NCBI GenBank assembly: GCA_902493375.1
Contig: CABUPH010000011.1
Span: 6,759 to 70,758 of the forward strand
DNA: 64,000 nucleotides
Reading direction: 5' to 3'
Origin: an uncultured Collinsella sp.
Lineage (GTDB): Bacteria > Actinomycetota > Coriobacteriia > Coriobacteriales > Coriobacteriaceae
A model generated the notes under the pieces. The model worked only from the letters and a program-made list of their open reading frames with translations. It had not been told where the DNA came from and did not search any database. Positions 1-8,293 of this stretch are shown here, piece after piece. Position 1 is the first letter of the stretch. Each line of letters begins with the position of its first letter. The position numbers and the translations under genes are program-made.

Positions 1-795
1 CGCGATGCCGTCTTTGTCGTTGCTGGCGGTTACAAAATCGGCGGCGGCACGGGTGGCATCGCTGCCATTTGCCATGGCCACGCCCACGCCGGCGTCAGCC
101 ACCATGCAGGTGTCGTTGTCCGCATCGCCAAACACGCAGATGTCCTGGAGCTCCATGTCGTTGAGCTCCGCCACGCGCACAAGGCCGCGCGTCTTGGACA
201 CGCGCGGATCCATGAACTCGTAGAGCCGCTGCGTGGTTTGCAGAGCCGCCGCCTTAACAGTGTCATCGGCAAACGTCGACGCCCGCTCAATCACCCGCGG
301 CATCACCTCGGGCGCCATGGTAAACATCACCTTGGGCTGCGGCTCGCGCAAGAACTCGGCAAAATCGACCACCTGGTAGGGCACGCCGTCGACGCGCGAC
401 AGGTGCTCGACGCACGCGTTGCTCTCGGGCACGTAGAACACGCCGTCTCGGGGGCAGACGGGCGTTGCCGGAAGGTCCGCCATGTGCTCGCAGATACGCG
501 CGATGGTCTCACCCGGCAGCGGATAGCTCAGCTCGTTGATGTCGTGCGCACGGTCGATGACCTCGGCGCCACCGCAGCCCACCATCACGTCTACCAGGCC
601 TTCGATGCCCCAGAGCTCGTACATGGCCTCGGTCGCGTGGGCGTCGCGCCCGGTGCACAGGCCAAAGAGCACACCGCGCTCGCGCAGGGCGCGGATCGCC
701 GCCACGGTGCGCGGGGACACCGTGTGCTGGCTCGTGAGCAGCGTGCCGTCGATATCGCAGAACACGGCTTTGATGTGGCTGAAGGTGGTGTCCAT
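1..795 (-). CDS. Cof-type HAD-IIB hydrolase, partial (C-terminus lies beyond the window start)
   Basis: My own translation of the minus strand from ATG (795-793) gives MDTTFSHIKAVFCDIDGTLLTSQHTVSPRTVAAIRALRERGVLFGLCTGR... and stays open to base 1. HAD motif I (DIDGTLL) and motif IV (FGDADNDTCM..GVAMANG) are present. It is missing from the ORF track because no stop codon lies inside the window. Confidence 0.8.
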   Translation of the reverse strand, partial: MDTTFSHIKAVFCDIDGTLLTSQHTVSPRTVAAIRALRERGVLFGLCTGRDAHATEAMYELWGIEGLVDVMVGCGGAEVIDRAHDINELSYPLPGETIARICEHMADLPATPVCPRDGVFYVPESNACVEHLSRVDGVPYQVVDFAEFLREPQPKVMFTMAPEVMPRVIERASTFADDTVKAAALQTTQRLYEFMDPRVSKTRGLVRVAELNDMELQDICVFGDADNDTCMVADAGVGVAMANGSDATRAAADFVTASNDKDGIA

Positions 796-879
796 GGGGG
801 CCTTTCTGGGTTGTGCGGCGGTGTGGGGTGTATTCGTGAACGGCGTACATGGTATACCAAGGCACAGGCGCGGCCCGTC

Positions 880-922
880 AAAGCAAAAACCACCACAAAG
901 GTGCCTGGCCCCTTTGTGGTGG
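880..922 (-). terminator. Rho-independent terminator (T33 hairpin, copy 1) behind the MFS gene
   Basis: CCACCACAAAGG-TGCCTGGCC-CCTTTGTGGTGG at 890-922 forms a 12-bp perfect stem. On the minus strand it is followed by TTTTTGCTTT (880-889). Confidence 0.8.
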
Positions 923-936
923 CCTGGCCGGAACGC

Positions 937-1003
937 AAACCATCACAACATTCGACGTTATTCGGCAAAATCGCGATTTTCATCGAATGTTGTGATGGTT
1001 TTT
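937..1003. repeat. PAL65 palindromic element, copy A (inverted orientation, more diverged centre)
   Basis: The 19-nt arms AAACCATCACAACATTCGA (937-955) and TCGAATGTTGTGATGGTTT (983-1001) are perfect inverted repeats. The element abuts the MFS stop codon at 1002-1004. Confidence 0.85.
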
Positions 1004-2283
1004 ACTGCTTTGCGGCACGATCAAAATGCCGGCGTCCAAACAACAGCAACGCCGCGGGAACTGCCGTCACGACCATGCCCGCACCAACAAGCGTCTGCTG
1101 CACGCCAAACGTCGCCGCCAGCCACGGGGCAATCGCCAGCGGGGCCACGCCGGCGAACATATTGCCAAAACCCATGACCGAGTTGATGCGACCGAGCTGC
1201 TCGAGCGGAGCCGCCGTTTGCACGATAGTGTTGTGGAGCGGGTTAACGACGCCCCAGGCCACGCCCAGGGCAATCTGGCCGACAAGGGCTACGCCCACGT
1301 ACGACGTTCCCACGTAGAGCAGGCTTCCCAGACCCACGGACATAAGCGCCACGAGCAGCGTTTTAAGGTTGACCAGGTGCGGCGGCAAACGGAGCGCAAC
1401 GACGGCGCCCAGCACCGCGCCCACGCCCGAGGCGGACGAGAGCCAGCCCATCCACTCAACGCCAACGCGTAGGACATCGCGATAGAAAAACGACTCGAGC
1501 GGATCGAAGGCTCCGTAGCCAAAGTTCGAAAGGAAAATAATGCAGAAAAGTAGCGCGAGGACGCTGTTGGTGAAGACTGTCTTGATGCTGGTCGCGAAGG
1601 TTGCGCGGGCGGACGTGCTGGAGTTGGAGCTTTGTCCCGCACGCTCCCCTTCCTCTGCCGAATCGGCATCCGCATGCCCGGCGACATGGCTGGTCTGCGG
1701 CTTAAAGCCCCAACCGGCAACGAGCGCCAGCACGGTAAAGAGCATCATGAGCACGAACACCGCGCGCGACGACGCAGCCGCCGCGACAAAGCCGCCCAGC
1801 GTGGGGCCAACGATGATACTCACGTTTGAAAACATGGCGATGGCGGAGTTGACGTCTTTGAGCTCGACGGGGTCGTCGGTGAGATACGCCGGATAGGATG
1901 TGGCGATGGGCTGGGCGAACCCCATCACAAAGCCCAGGAGTACCGCGCCGGCAAGGACTGTTCCGGTCGCGCTGCCAAAGGCAATGATCGCCGCGCCGGT
2001 TGCCAGCGTGCCCACGATGCTCAGCAAGAAATGACGGCGCGGGCCCCAGGCGTCGAGCGCCGCGCCGCCCGCAAAGGATCCCAGGATCACGAAAACATTC
2101 ATAAAAAGGACGGCCAGCGATGTCGCCACGACCGAGGCATCGTCTGCATAGGTGAGCGTTCCGATGACGCCGATAAAGTAGCTGGTCTGAAAACCGGTGT
2201 AGATAAGAAAGCGCATCGCCACCAGGCGCTTGGCCTGCACGGACAGCGATGATTGAGGCTTTGAGAAAAGAGAGGCGAGCATG
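1002..2283 (-). CDS. MFS-type transporter
   Basis: The ORF spans 1002..2321. The protein is polytopic and hydrophobic (about 12 helices) with a central charged loop (HADADSAEEGERAGQSS). I prefer the internal start MLASLFSK at 2283 because AGGAG lies 6 nt upstream of it. Confidence 0.75.
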
Positions 2284-2446
2284 GAGACTCCTTGTTTCAT
2301 ACGAATGCGGACGGCGGGCATTCGCCACCGTCTGTCAAATCAATCTATCCGCATGAAACATTAAGGACGCATCAAGCCCCTTCTCTCCGTTTTTCGCCCG
2401 TCATGAACTACTTGGTAGATTGTAAGGCATATCCCAACCATCCACC

Positions 2447-2489
2447 AAAGCAAAAACCACCACAAAGGTGCCTGGCCCCTTTGTGGTGG
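2447..2489 (-). terminator. Rho-independent terminator (T33 hairpin, copy 2) behind moaA/moaC-mobB
   Basis: The same 44 nt as copy 1 (CAAAGCAAAAACCACCACAAAGGTGCCTGGCCCCTTTGTGGTGG). The hairpin is at 2457-2489, with the T-tract on the minus strand. Confidence 0.8.
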
Positions 2490-2503
2490 AAATGACGTTT
2501 GCC

Positions 2504-2541
2504 CAGATAAAACCTGCTAAAACAAACCTGTCCCTTTTTGG
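2504..2541. repeat. 38-nt repeat (copy 1 of 2; the other is at 23898..23935 in opposite orientation)
   Basis: The reverse complement CCAAAAAGGGACAGGTTTGTTTTAGCAGGTTTTATCTG matches CCAAAAAGGGACAGGTTTATTTTGGTCGGTTTTATCTG at 23898, with 4 mismatches. Confidence 0.6.
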
Positions 2542-2547
2542 CAGGTT

Positions 2548-3846
2548 TTAGGCCAGATGATCTTGGATAAGATCGCAGATGGCTCGGGCGTCGTTGATGT
2601 TGATGGCTCGGGTCGCAAAGCCGGCGTCGAAGGCCTGACGTGCCAGGGCCTCGTTGCAGGCAAGGGCCAGCGTGTGACCGTCGACCAGGTCGAGCGAGCT
2701 CTTGCCGCGCAGACGGTCAACACCGGAGCGCGCGACGACGATGTTGTCGAAGCCCTCGGTCTTGTAGCCCTCGATGATTACCACGTCGACATCGTTGTAG
2801 CGCGACAGCAGCTCGCGCGCGGGCATCTCGTCCTCCTCGCGCGTGTCGGCGTACTCCGCCCAGCGCGTGGCGCAGATGAGGCCCACGTGCTTGGATCCGG
2901 CCTGGTGATGGCGCCACGTATCCTTAGCGGGCACATCGATATCAAAGCCGTGATGCCCGTGATGCTTGAGCGAACCCACGCGCAGGCCGCGGCGGGTGAG
3001 CTCGGCAATGACCTTCTCGACGAGCGTGGTCTTGCCCGAGTTCTGGTAGCCGATAAACGCGATCGCAGGGACGGCCGGGGCCGGAACTGCGGGCGCGACG
3101 ACGACGGGTGCGCTCGCGGGCGCGGCACCGTCAGCGGCCACGGACTCAACAGCAGCGGCCTGACGCTCTGCACGATCCCACACGCCCGAGCGGCCGCCCT
3201 CCTTGTGCAACAGGCGCACGTCGACGATCTCCATGCCGCGATCGACCGCCTTGCACATGTCATAGATGGTCAGACACGCGGCACTCGCGCCGGTCAGAGC
3301 CTCCATCTCGATACCCGTCTTGCCCGTCACGCCGGCCGTGACCAGCACGTGAAAGCCAACCTGCCCGTCCGCACGCGCCGGTGCCCAGCCCTCGGGCACG
3401 TCCTCGGCCGGCGTCCCCGCCGCAGCGATGGGCGCAATGTCGCACTTGCTCTTGGTAATGAGCAACGGATGGCACATGGGAATGATGTCGCTCGTGCGTT
3501 TGATGGCCATGATGCCCGCCACACGCGCGCAAGCGAGCACGTCGCCCTTTTTGGCGCGGTCCTGCAGCACCATGGCCTGCGTCTCGGGGTGCATGAGGAT
3601 GGTGCCCTCGGCGATGGCGATGCGATGGGTCTCGGCCTTGTCGGACACGTCGACCATGCGCACCTCGCCCTTGGCGTCCACGTGCGTCAGCTCGTCGCGA
3701 CGGGCGTCGCGGGCGGGCTCGGCGACAGCGCTGGCAGTCGGCTGTGCGGACGCGTCGGCGTTGCCAGCCGCAGCCGTGACTTTGTGGGCAGACATCGCGG
3801 CCCTGCGAGCGGCCTTGGTGGCATCGGCGTACCTGCTCTTGGCCAT
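2548..3846 (-). CDS. moaC: Fused MoaC (cyclic pyranopterin monophosphate synthase) and MobB (molybdopterin-guanine dinucleotide biosynthesis adapter)
   Basis: The N-terminal part carries MoaC motifs (MVDVSDK, DIIPMCHPL, GVTGKTGIEMEALTGAS, IYDMCKA). An Ala/Pro linker follows. The C-terminal part is MobB (P-loop GYQNSGKTTL, then SLKHHGHHGFDIDVPAKDTWRH). The start MAKSRY at 3846 has GGAGGA upstream and lies 5 nt after the moaA stop. Confidence 0.85.
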   Translation of the reverse strand: MAKSRYADATKAARRAAMSAHKVTAAAGNADASAQPTASAVAEPARDARRDELTHVDAKGEVRMVDVSDKAETHRIAIAEGTILMHPETQAMVLQDRAKKGDVLACARVAGIMAIKRTSDIIPMCHPLLITKSKCDIAPIAAAGTPAEDVPEGWAPARADGQVGFHVLVTAGVTGKTGIEMEALTGASAACLTIYDMCKAVDRGMEIVDVRLLHKEGGRSGVWDRAERQAAAVESVAADGAAPASAPVVVAPAVPAPAVPAIAFIGYQNSGKTTLVEKVIAELTRRGLRVGSLKHHGHHGFDIDVPAKDTWRHHQAGSKHVGLICATRWAEYADTREEDEMPARELLSRYNDVDVVIIEGYKTEGFDNIVVARSGVDRLRGKSSLDLVDGHTLALACNEALARQAFDAGFATRAININDARAICDLIQDHLA

Positions 3847-3850
3847 ATGA

Positions 3851-4906
3851 TCATCCTCCGATTTGGGACATAAATCGTTGCGTGCCCTCAATTATCGCGT
3901 GTTCCTGCGGTTTGTGGGCCACGGCATCGCGCCAAATCGAAAGTACCTGCATATCATCACCACGACGCAGGGCGTCGCGCACCGAATACTCGGCATCGTT
4001 GAACAGGCACGGACGCACGTTGCCATCGGCCGTCAGGCGCAAACGGTTGCAATTCGCACAAAAATGGTTGGACATGGCGCTAATGAAGCCGACCGTTCCC
4101 GCCGCACCCGGAAAGTGCCAATAGCGCGCAGGGCCCGCGCCGGCAGGAGCGTCGGTATTGTCAAGCGGTTCGAGCTCGCCCAATCCCGCCGCGGCAGCCC
4201 CGGCATTGATGCGCGCCCGCAGCTCGTCGCTCGGCACGGTATCACTCGCGTCCCACAGCTCGGGATTGAGCGCGGGCGCATGCGGGTCCACAGCGCAATG
4301 CGAGCTCGTGCGCTCGTCGCCGATGGGCATGTATTCGATAAAGCGCAGGTGGATGGGGCGGTCGACGGTCAGTCGTGCGAGGGCCGCCACATCCTGGTTG
4401 AGCCGGCGCACAACAACGCAGTTGACCTTAACGGGCTCAAAGCCCCAAGCCAGCGCGGCGTCGATGCCATCCATGGTCTGCTCGAGTCGACCCAGGCGCG
4501 TGATCTTTCCAAACAGCGTAGGGTCGAGCGTGTCGAGCGAAATGTTGACGCGGTTAAGCCCGGCATCTTTGAGCTGCGGCGCTAGCTTGGGCAGCAGGGC
4601 GCCGTTGGTGGTAAGCGAGATATCCTCGATCTGCGAAATCGCGCGGATGTCGCGAATGAGCGGGATGATACGGCGGCTGACCAGCGGCTCACCACCCGTC
4701 AGGCGCACGCGGCGAATGCCCTCCCCAGCCACCAGGCGCACAAAGCGGGCGATTTCCTCGGCGCTGAGTAGCTCGTCGTGTGCACGGGGCGCCACGCCAT
4801 CGGCCGGCATGCAGTAAATGCAGCGGAAATTGCACTTGTCGGTAACGGCAATGCGCAGGTAGTTGATATCGCGGCCAAAGCCGTCATGTTGCACGCGCCC
4901 GTCCAC
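3851..4906 (-). CDS. moaA: GTP 3',8-cyclase MoaA (radical SAM)
   Basis: It carries the radical-SAM motif CNFRCIYCMP, RLTGGEPL, and the C-terminal cluster CANCNRLRLTADG. The GTG start at 4906 has GGGGAGGG 5 nt upstream. Confidence 0.95.
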   Translation of the reverse strand: MDGRVQHDGFGRDINYLRIAVTDKCNFRCIYCMPADGVAPRAHDELLSAEEIARFVRLVAGEGIRRVRLTGGEPLVSRRIIPLIRDIRAISQIEDISLTTNGALLPKLAPQLKDAGLNRVNISLDTLDPTLFGKITRLGRLEQTMDGIDAALAWGFEPVKVNCVVVRRLNQDVAALARLTVDRPIHLRFIEYMPIGDERTSSHCAVDPHAPALNPELWDASDTVPSDELRARINAGAAAAGLGELEPLDNTDAPAGAGPARYWHFPGAAGTVGFISAMSNHFCANCNRLRLTADGNVRPCLFNDAEYSVRDALRRGDDMQVLSIWRDAVAHKPQEHAIIEGTQRFMSQIGG

Positions 4907-5038
4907 GCAGCCCTCCCCTCACGCGGCGTTTTATTCTTCGGAAAACATAATACCCCACGGGAGAATCATGCCGACACCCGTACGACAGGACAGGTCGCCT
5001 CGAGCAAGACGGACTTTCCAAGCCCATCCTCAGCACTC

Positions 5039-5103
5039 AAACCATCACAACATTCGATGCTTTTCCCGTTTTTGGCGAAAAACGTCGAATGTTGTGATGG
5101 TTT
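5039..5103. repeat. PAL65 palindromic element, copy B
   Basis: AAACCATCACAACATTCGA-27 nt-TCGAATGTTGTGATGGTTT. It is in the same orientation as copy C and differs from it at only 3 positions. Confidence 0.9.
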
Positions 5104-5141
5104 GCCTGCCCACAGCACCCCGTAGAAGGGCCGAAACGCCC

Positions 5142-6179
5142 CTAAAGGCCGCCGTCCCAGTGTCGAATCACGAATTCTCGCAGATCGTTCTGCCGCTTTT
5201 GGAACGCTTCGCTTCGGTCGCACTTAAGGCCCATAGCGAGTGCGATGGCGTTCATAGCCCGGTGCAATTGCAACTGATGGGCAAACTGAGTCCCGGTGAG
5301 GACGATCATCCTAAAGCCCAGCGCGCTCAGCACGGTCATACGCTCCGCGTCCGACGCGCTGCGCTGTTTATCAAGATGGTCCGAGCCGTTGTATTCAATC
5401 CCCGTACCGCTCGCAGGCGCATATACGTCGATCTCGAAATACCCGGCCTTAGCGAGATACTTGAACTCGTTGGGAACATCGACCCGATGGTTGAGCTCGA
5501 TCTTGGCGTATCCCAGCCCGCCCTGGGAACGTTTTGCTACGACCATGATTGCGGTAGCCGTCTCCATGGGCGATCGCGCGCCATCGTGTACGCGCTTGAT
5601 CACGGCGGCCGCGCGTATGGCCCCCTGACGAGATCGGTTCTCATTGCAATAGGCAATCAAATCGGCAACGGTATACCTCTGCCCCATCTCGATATAATCG
5701 CCTGTCGACAGATGATTCAAATGGTATCGGGCACAGATTTCGTAGCCATATTCCAGCTGTTCGGGCTCGCTCATCCACGAACCCGCTTGGACAAAGCACA
5801 TGGCCTCATCAACCACCAGAAGGCCCTCTGCCACCTCGATAAGATGGCCTGGAGGTACCGGCGCCCCAAACACGTGGCACCTAAATCCAGCCGGCGTCGA
5901 GCGCTCAAAATCAAAGTTGACGAGCGTGTCGATATGATCGAGCTCTTCTCGTGGAATACCGAGCGAAACCAGATAGTCAGTAACGATCCCAACTGCCGCT
6001 GAAGCCCTCAGCCCCTTGGCATCGAGCCCCAATTTGGGCAGGTCCGCAGTCGGCTCCGCCTCGTTGGCAAGCGAGTCCTCATCGTATAGGCTGCTTGCTC
6101 GCGAGAGCGGCTCGGACGGGCGCGCCACGTTGTGGTACAGCCAGGCAGTTTTATGGGACAGGACGATCGGCAGGTCCAT
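5142..6179 (-). CDS. Hypothetical protein with a C-terminal DUF559/Vsr-like (PD-(D/E)xK fold) domain
   Basis: The ORF encodes 345 aa. The C-terminal third (ARSPMETATAIMVV...YFEIDVYAPASGTGIEYNGSDHLDKQRSASDAERMTVLSALGFRMIVLT) follows the SPxE...D-x-EYDG-xH...D-xR...G-xV-R pattern of actinobacterial DUF559 proteins. I could not recognise the N-terminal ~220 aa. Confidence 0.6.
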   Translation of the reverse strand: MDLPIVLSHKTAWLYHNVARPSEPLSRASSLYDEDSLANEAEPTADLPKLGLDAKGLRASAAVGIVTDYLVSLGIPREELDHIDTLVNFDFERSTPAGFRCHVFGAPVPPGHLIEVAEGLLVVDEAMCFVQAGSWMSEPEQLEYGYEICARYHLNHLSTGDYIEMGQRYTVADLIAYCNENRSRQGAIRAAAVIKRVHDGARSPMETATAIMVVAKRSQGGLGYAKIELNHRVDVPNEFKYLAKAGYFEIDVYAPASGTGIEYNGSDHLDKQRSASDAERMTVLSALGFRMIVLTGTQFAHQLQLHRAMNAIALAMGLKCDRSEAFQKRQNDLREFVIRHWDGGL

Positions 6180-6280
6180 GAGCCCTCCAATGGAGTCGGA
6201 TAACCAACCTTATTCCCCTGCCCACGGGTCCGCACACCTTCGTGCACAAGAAAGCGATTCCACCCGATCGAGCGGCAGAA

Positions 6281-6345
6281 AAACCATCACAACATTCGAT
6301 GCTTTTCCCGATTTTGGCAAAAAACGTCGAATGTTGAGATGGTTT
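6281..6345. repeat. PAL65 palindromic element, copy C
   Basis: AAACCATCACAACATTCGA (6281-6299) pairs with TCGAATGTTGAGATGGTTT (6327-6345), with one arm mismatch. It is a direct repeat of copy B. Confidence 0.9.
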
Positions 6346-6394
6346 GAGGCGAGTTGAGGGGCATGGAGGGACCAAAGCATCGTGCTCGAACAGA

Positions 6395-8293
6395 TTAATC
6401 CAACTCTTTTAAGCCATGCGCCAGCTGCCAGTACTCGCCGTGCTGGGCGAGCAGTTCTTCGTGCGTGCCGCGCTCGATGATGCGGCCGTGTTCGAGGACC
6501 ATGATGGCATCGGCGTCGCGGACGGTGGATAGGCGGTGCGCGATCATAAACGTGGTGCGTCCGCGCATGATGCGGTCCATACCGCGCTCGATGAGCTTTT
6601 CGGTGCGCGTGTCAATGGAGCTCGTGGCCTCGTCCAGGATGAGCACCGGCGGATCGGCCACGGCAACGCGCGCGATGGCGAGCAGCTGGCGCTGGCCCTG
6701 CGACAGGTTGGCGCCATCGGCCGTAACCGGCGTGTCGTAGCCTCTAGGCAGGCGGCGGATAAACGAATCCGCGCAGGCGGCCTCGGCAGCGGCGCGCACC
6801 TCCTCGTCGGTCGCGTCGAGCTTGCCAAAGCGGATGTTCTGCGCAATGGTGCCGCTAAACAGGTGCGTGTCCTGCAGCACAATGCCGAGCGACCCGCGCA
6901 AGCTGGCCTTGGCAATGTGCTTTACGTCGATGCCGTCGTACGTGATCTCGCCGTCATCGACTTCGTAGAAGCGGTTGATGAGGTTGGTGATGGTCGTCTT
7001 TCCGGCGCCCGTCGAGCCCACAAACGCGATCTTTTGCCCCGGCTTGGCAAACAGGTTGAGGTCCGTGAGCACACGGGTGCCCGGTACGTAGGAAAAGTCC
7101 ACGGCATGGAAGCGCACGTCGCCTGCAAGCGGGACCAAGCCGCACGTGAGCTCGGTACCGTCGGCGGCCACCGCACGGCCCGACTCATCAACGGCAGCCA
7201 CATCATGCAAGTGCCCGTAGGCGCCCACGCCCTTGCCCTCGGGAATCTTCCATGCCCACGCGGCGTCGCCCGTCTGCACCAGCTCCACGCAGCCCTCGTC
7301 CACCTCGGGCTTAAGGTCCATGGCGGCAAACAGGCGCTCGGCGCCGGCCAACGCATTGAGTAAGAAATTACCCAGCTGCGTAAACTGGTTGATGGGCATG
7401 GCCGCCTGGCGCACAAAGACCAGGTAGCTCGCGAGCGCACCTACGTCGGCGAGTCCCTTGATGCAGAGCATGCCGCCCGCCACGGCGACGATGGCATAGT
7501 TGACGTAGCCAATCACGACAGTCATGGGCACCATGGAGTTGGCATAGCTCACGGCGGCGGTGCCCGTGCGGCGAAGCTCGTCGTTGCGGCAGGTGAAGCC
7601 GGCGACATTCGCTGCCTCGCGGTTAAAGACCTTGATGACCTTTTGGCCCGAGACCATCTCTTCGATATATCCGTCCAGGTCGCCAAGCGATGCCTGCTGG
7701 GCGGCAAAGAAGCGCTTAGAGCGCGCACCCGAGTAGCGCGCGTACAGCACAATGGCCACATCGCACACGAGCGTGATAATCGTGAGCTGCCAGTTAAGGA
7801 TGATGAGCATGGCCGTTGTGCCCACAACCTGAATGGCGGCCTGAATCACGTTGGCAAAGCTGTTGTTGAGCGCCTCGGAGACGGTGTCGACGTCGTTGGT
7901 GAAAAAGCTCATGATGTCGCCCGAGCGCGTGCTGTCAAAATAACTGAGCGGCAGCATCTGGATGTGCGCGAACAGGTCGCGGCGAATATCGGACACCACG
8001 CGTTGGGCCGCGCGCACCATGATCTGTGAGTAGCCCAGGGCCGAAAGCACGCCCGCGGCGTAGATGATCGCCGTCAGGATGACCTGCTTGGCGAGCAGTT
8101 CCTCCCCGCCCGTGGCCAAACCGTTAACGATAGGGCGCACCATGTAGGTGCCGGCGAGGCTCGCGATGGCGGCGACAGAGGCAAGCACACCCACTGCGAG
8201 CAGCGATAACTTGGCGTGACCCATGTAGGAGAGCAAGCGGCGCACCGTGCGCTTGAGGTCGGCCGGGCGTGCTTGGGCTGCGGTCTTAGGCAT
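6395..8293 (-). CDS. ABC exporter, fused permease/ATPase subunit (second half of a heterodimeric multidrug-type pair)
   Basis: It has a six-helix TMD followed by an NBD: Walker A GSTGAGKTT, signature LSQGQRQ, Walker B ILILDEATS. The ORF extends to 8698, but I prefer the start MPKTAAQ at 8293. That gives an ATGCCTAA overlap with the upstream stop and a GGAAGGGAG SD. Confidence 0.9.
   Translation of the reverse strand: MPKTAAQARPADLKRTVRRLLSYMGHAKLSLLAVGVLASVAAIASLAGTYMVRPIVNGLATGGEELLAKQVILTAIIYAAGVLSALGYSQIMVRAAQRVVSDIRRDLFAHIQMLPLSYFDSTRSGDIMSFFTNDVDTVSEALNNSFANVIQAAIQVVGTTAMLIILNWQLTIITLVCDVAIVLYARYSGARSKRFFAAQQASLGDLDGYIEEMVSGQKVIKVFNREAANVAGFTCRNDELRRTGTAAVSYANSMVPMTVVIGYVNYAIVAVAGGMLCIKGLADVGALASYLVFVRQAAMPINQFTQLGNFLLNALAGAERLFAAMDLKPEVDEGCVELVQTGDAAWAWKIPEGKGVGAYGHLHDVAAVDESGRAVAADGTELTCGLVPLAGDVRFHAVDFSYVPGTRVLTDLNLFAKPGQKIAFVGSTGAGKTTITNLINRFYEVDDGEITYDGIDVKHIAKASLRGSLGIVLQDTHLFSGTIAQNIRFGKLDATDEEVRAAAEAACADSFIRRLPRGYDTPVTADGANLSQGQRQLLAIARVAVADPPVLILDEATSSIDTRTEKLIERGMDRIMRGRTTFMIAHRLSTVRDADAIMVLEHGRIIERGTHEELLAQHGEYWQLAHGLKELD

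Noticed and set aside
238-1317. A 359-aa plus-strand ORF spanning the HAD gene, the repeats and the start of the MFS gene.
   Set aside because: It runs antisense through two recognisable genes and straight through the T33 and PAL65 repeats. It has no motifs.
4907-5038. A Moco riboswitch upstream of moaA.
   Set aside because: I could not recognise the conserved Moco-motif helices by eye. A TATTAT -10-like box sits only about 40 nt upstream of the GTG start, leaving little leader. An Rfam RF01055 scan would settle it.
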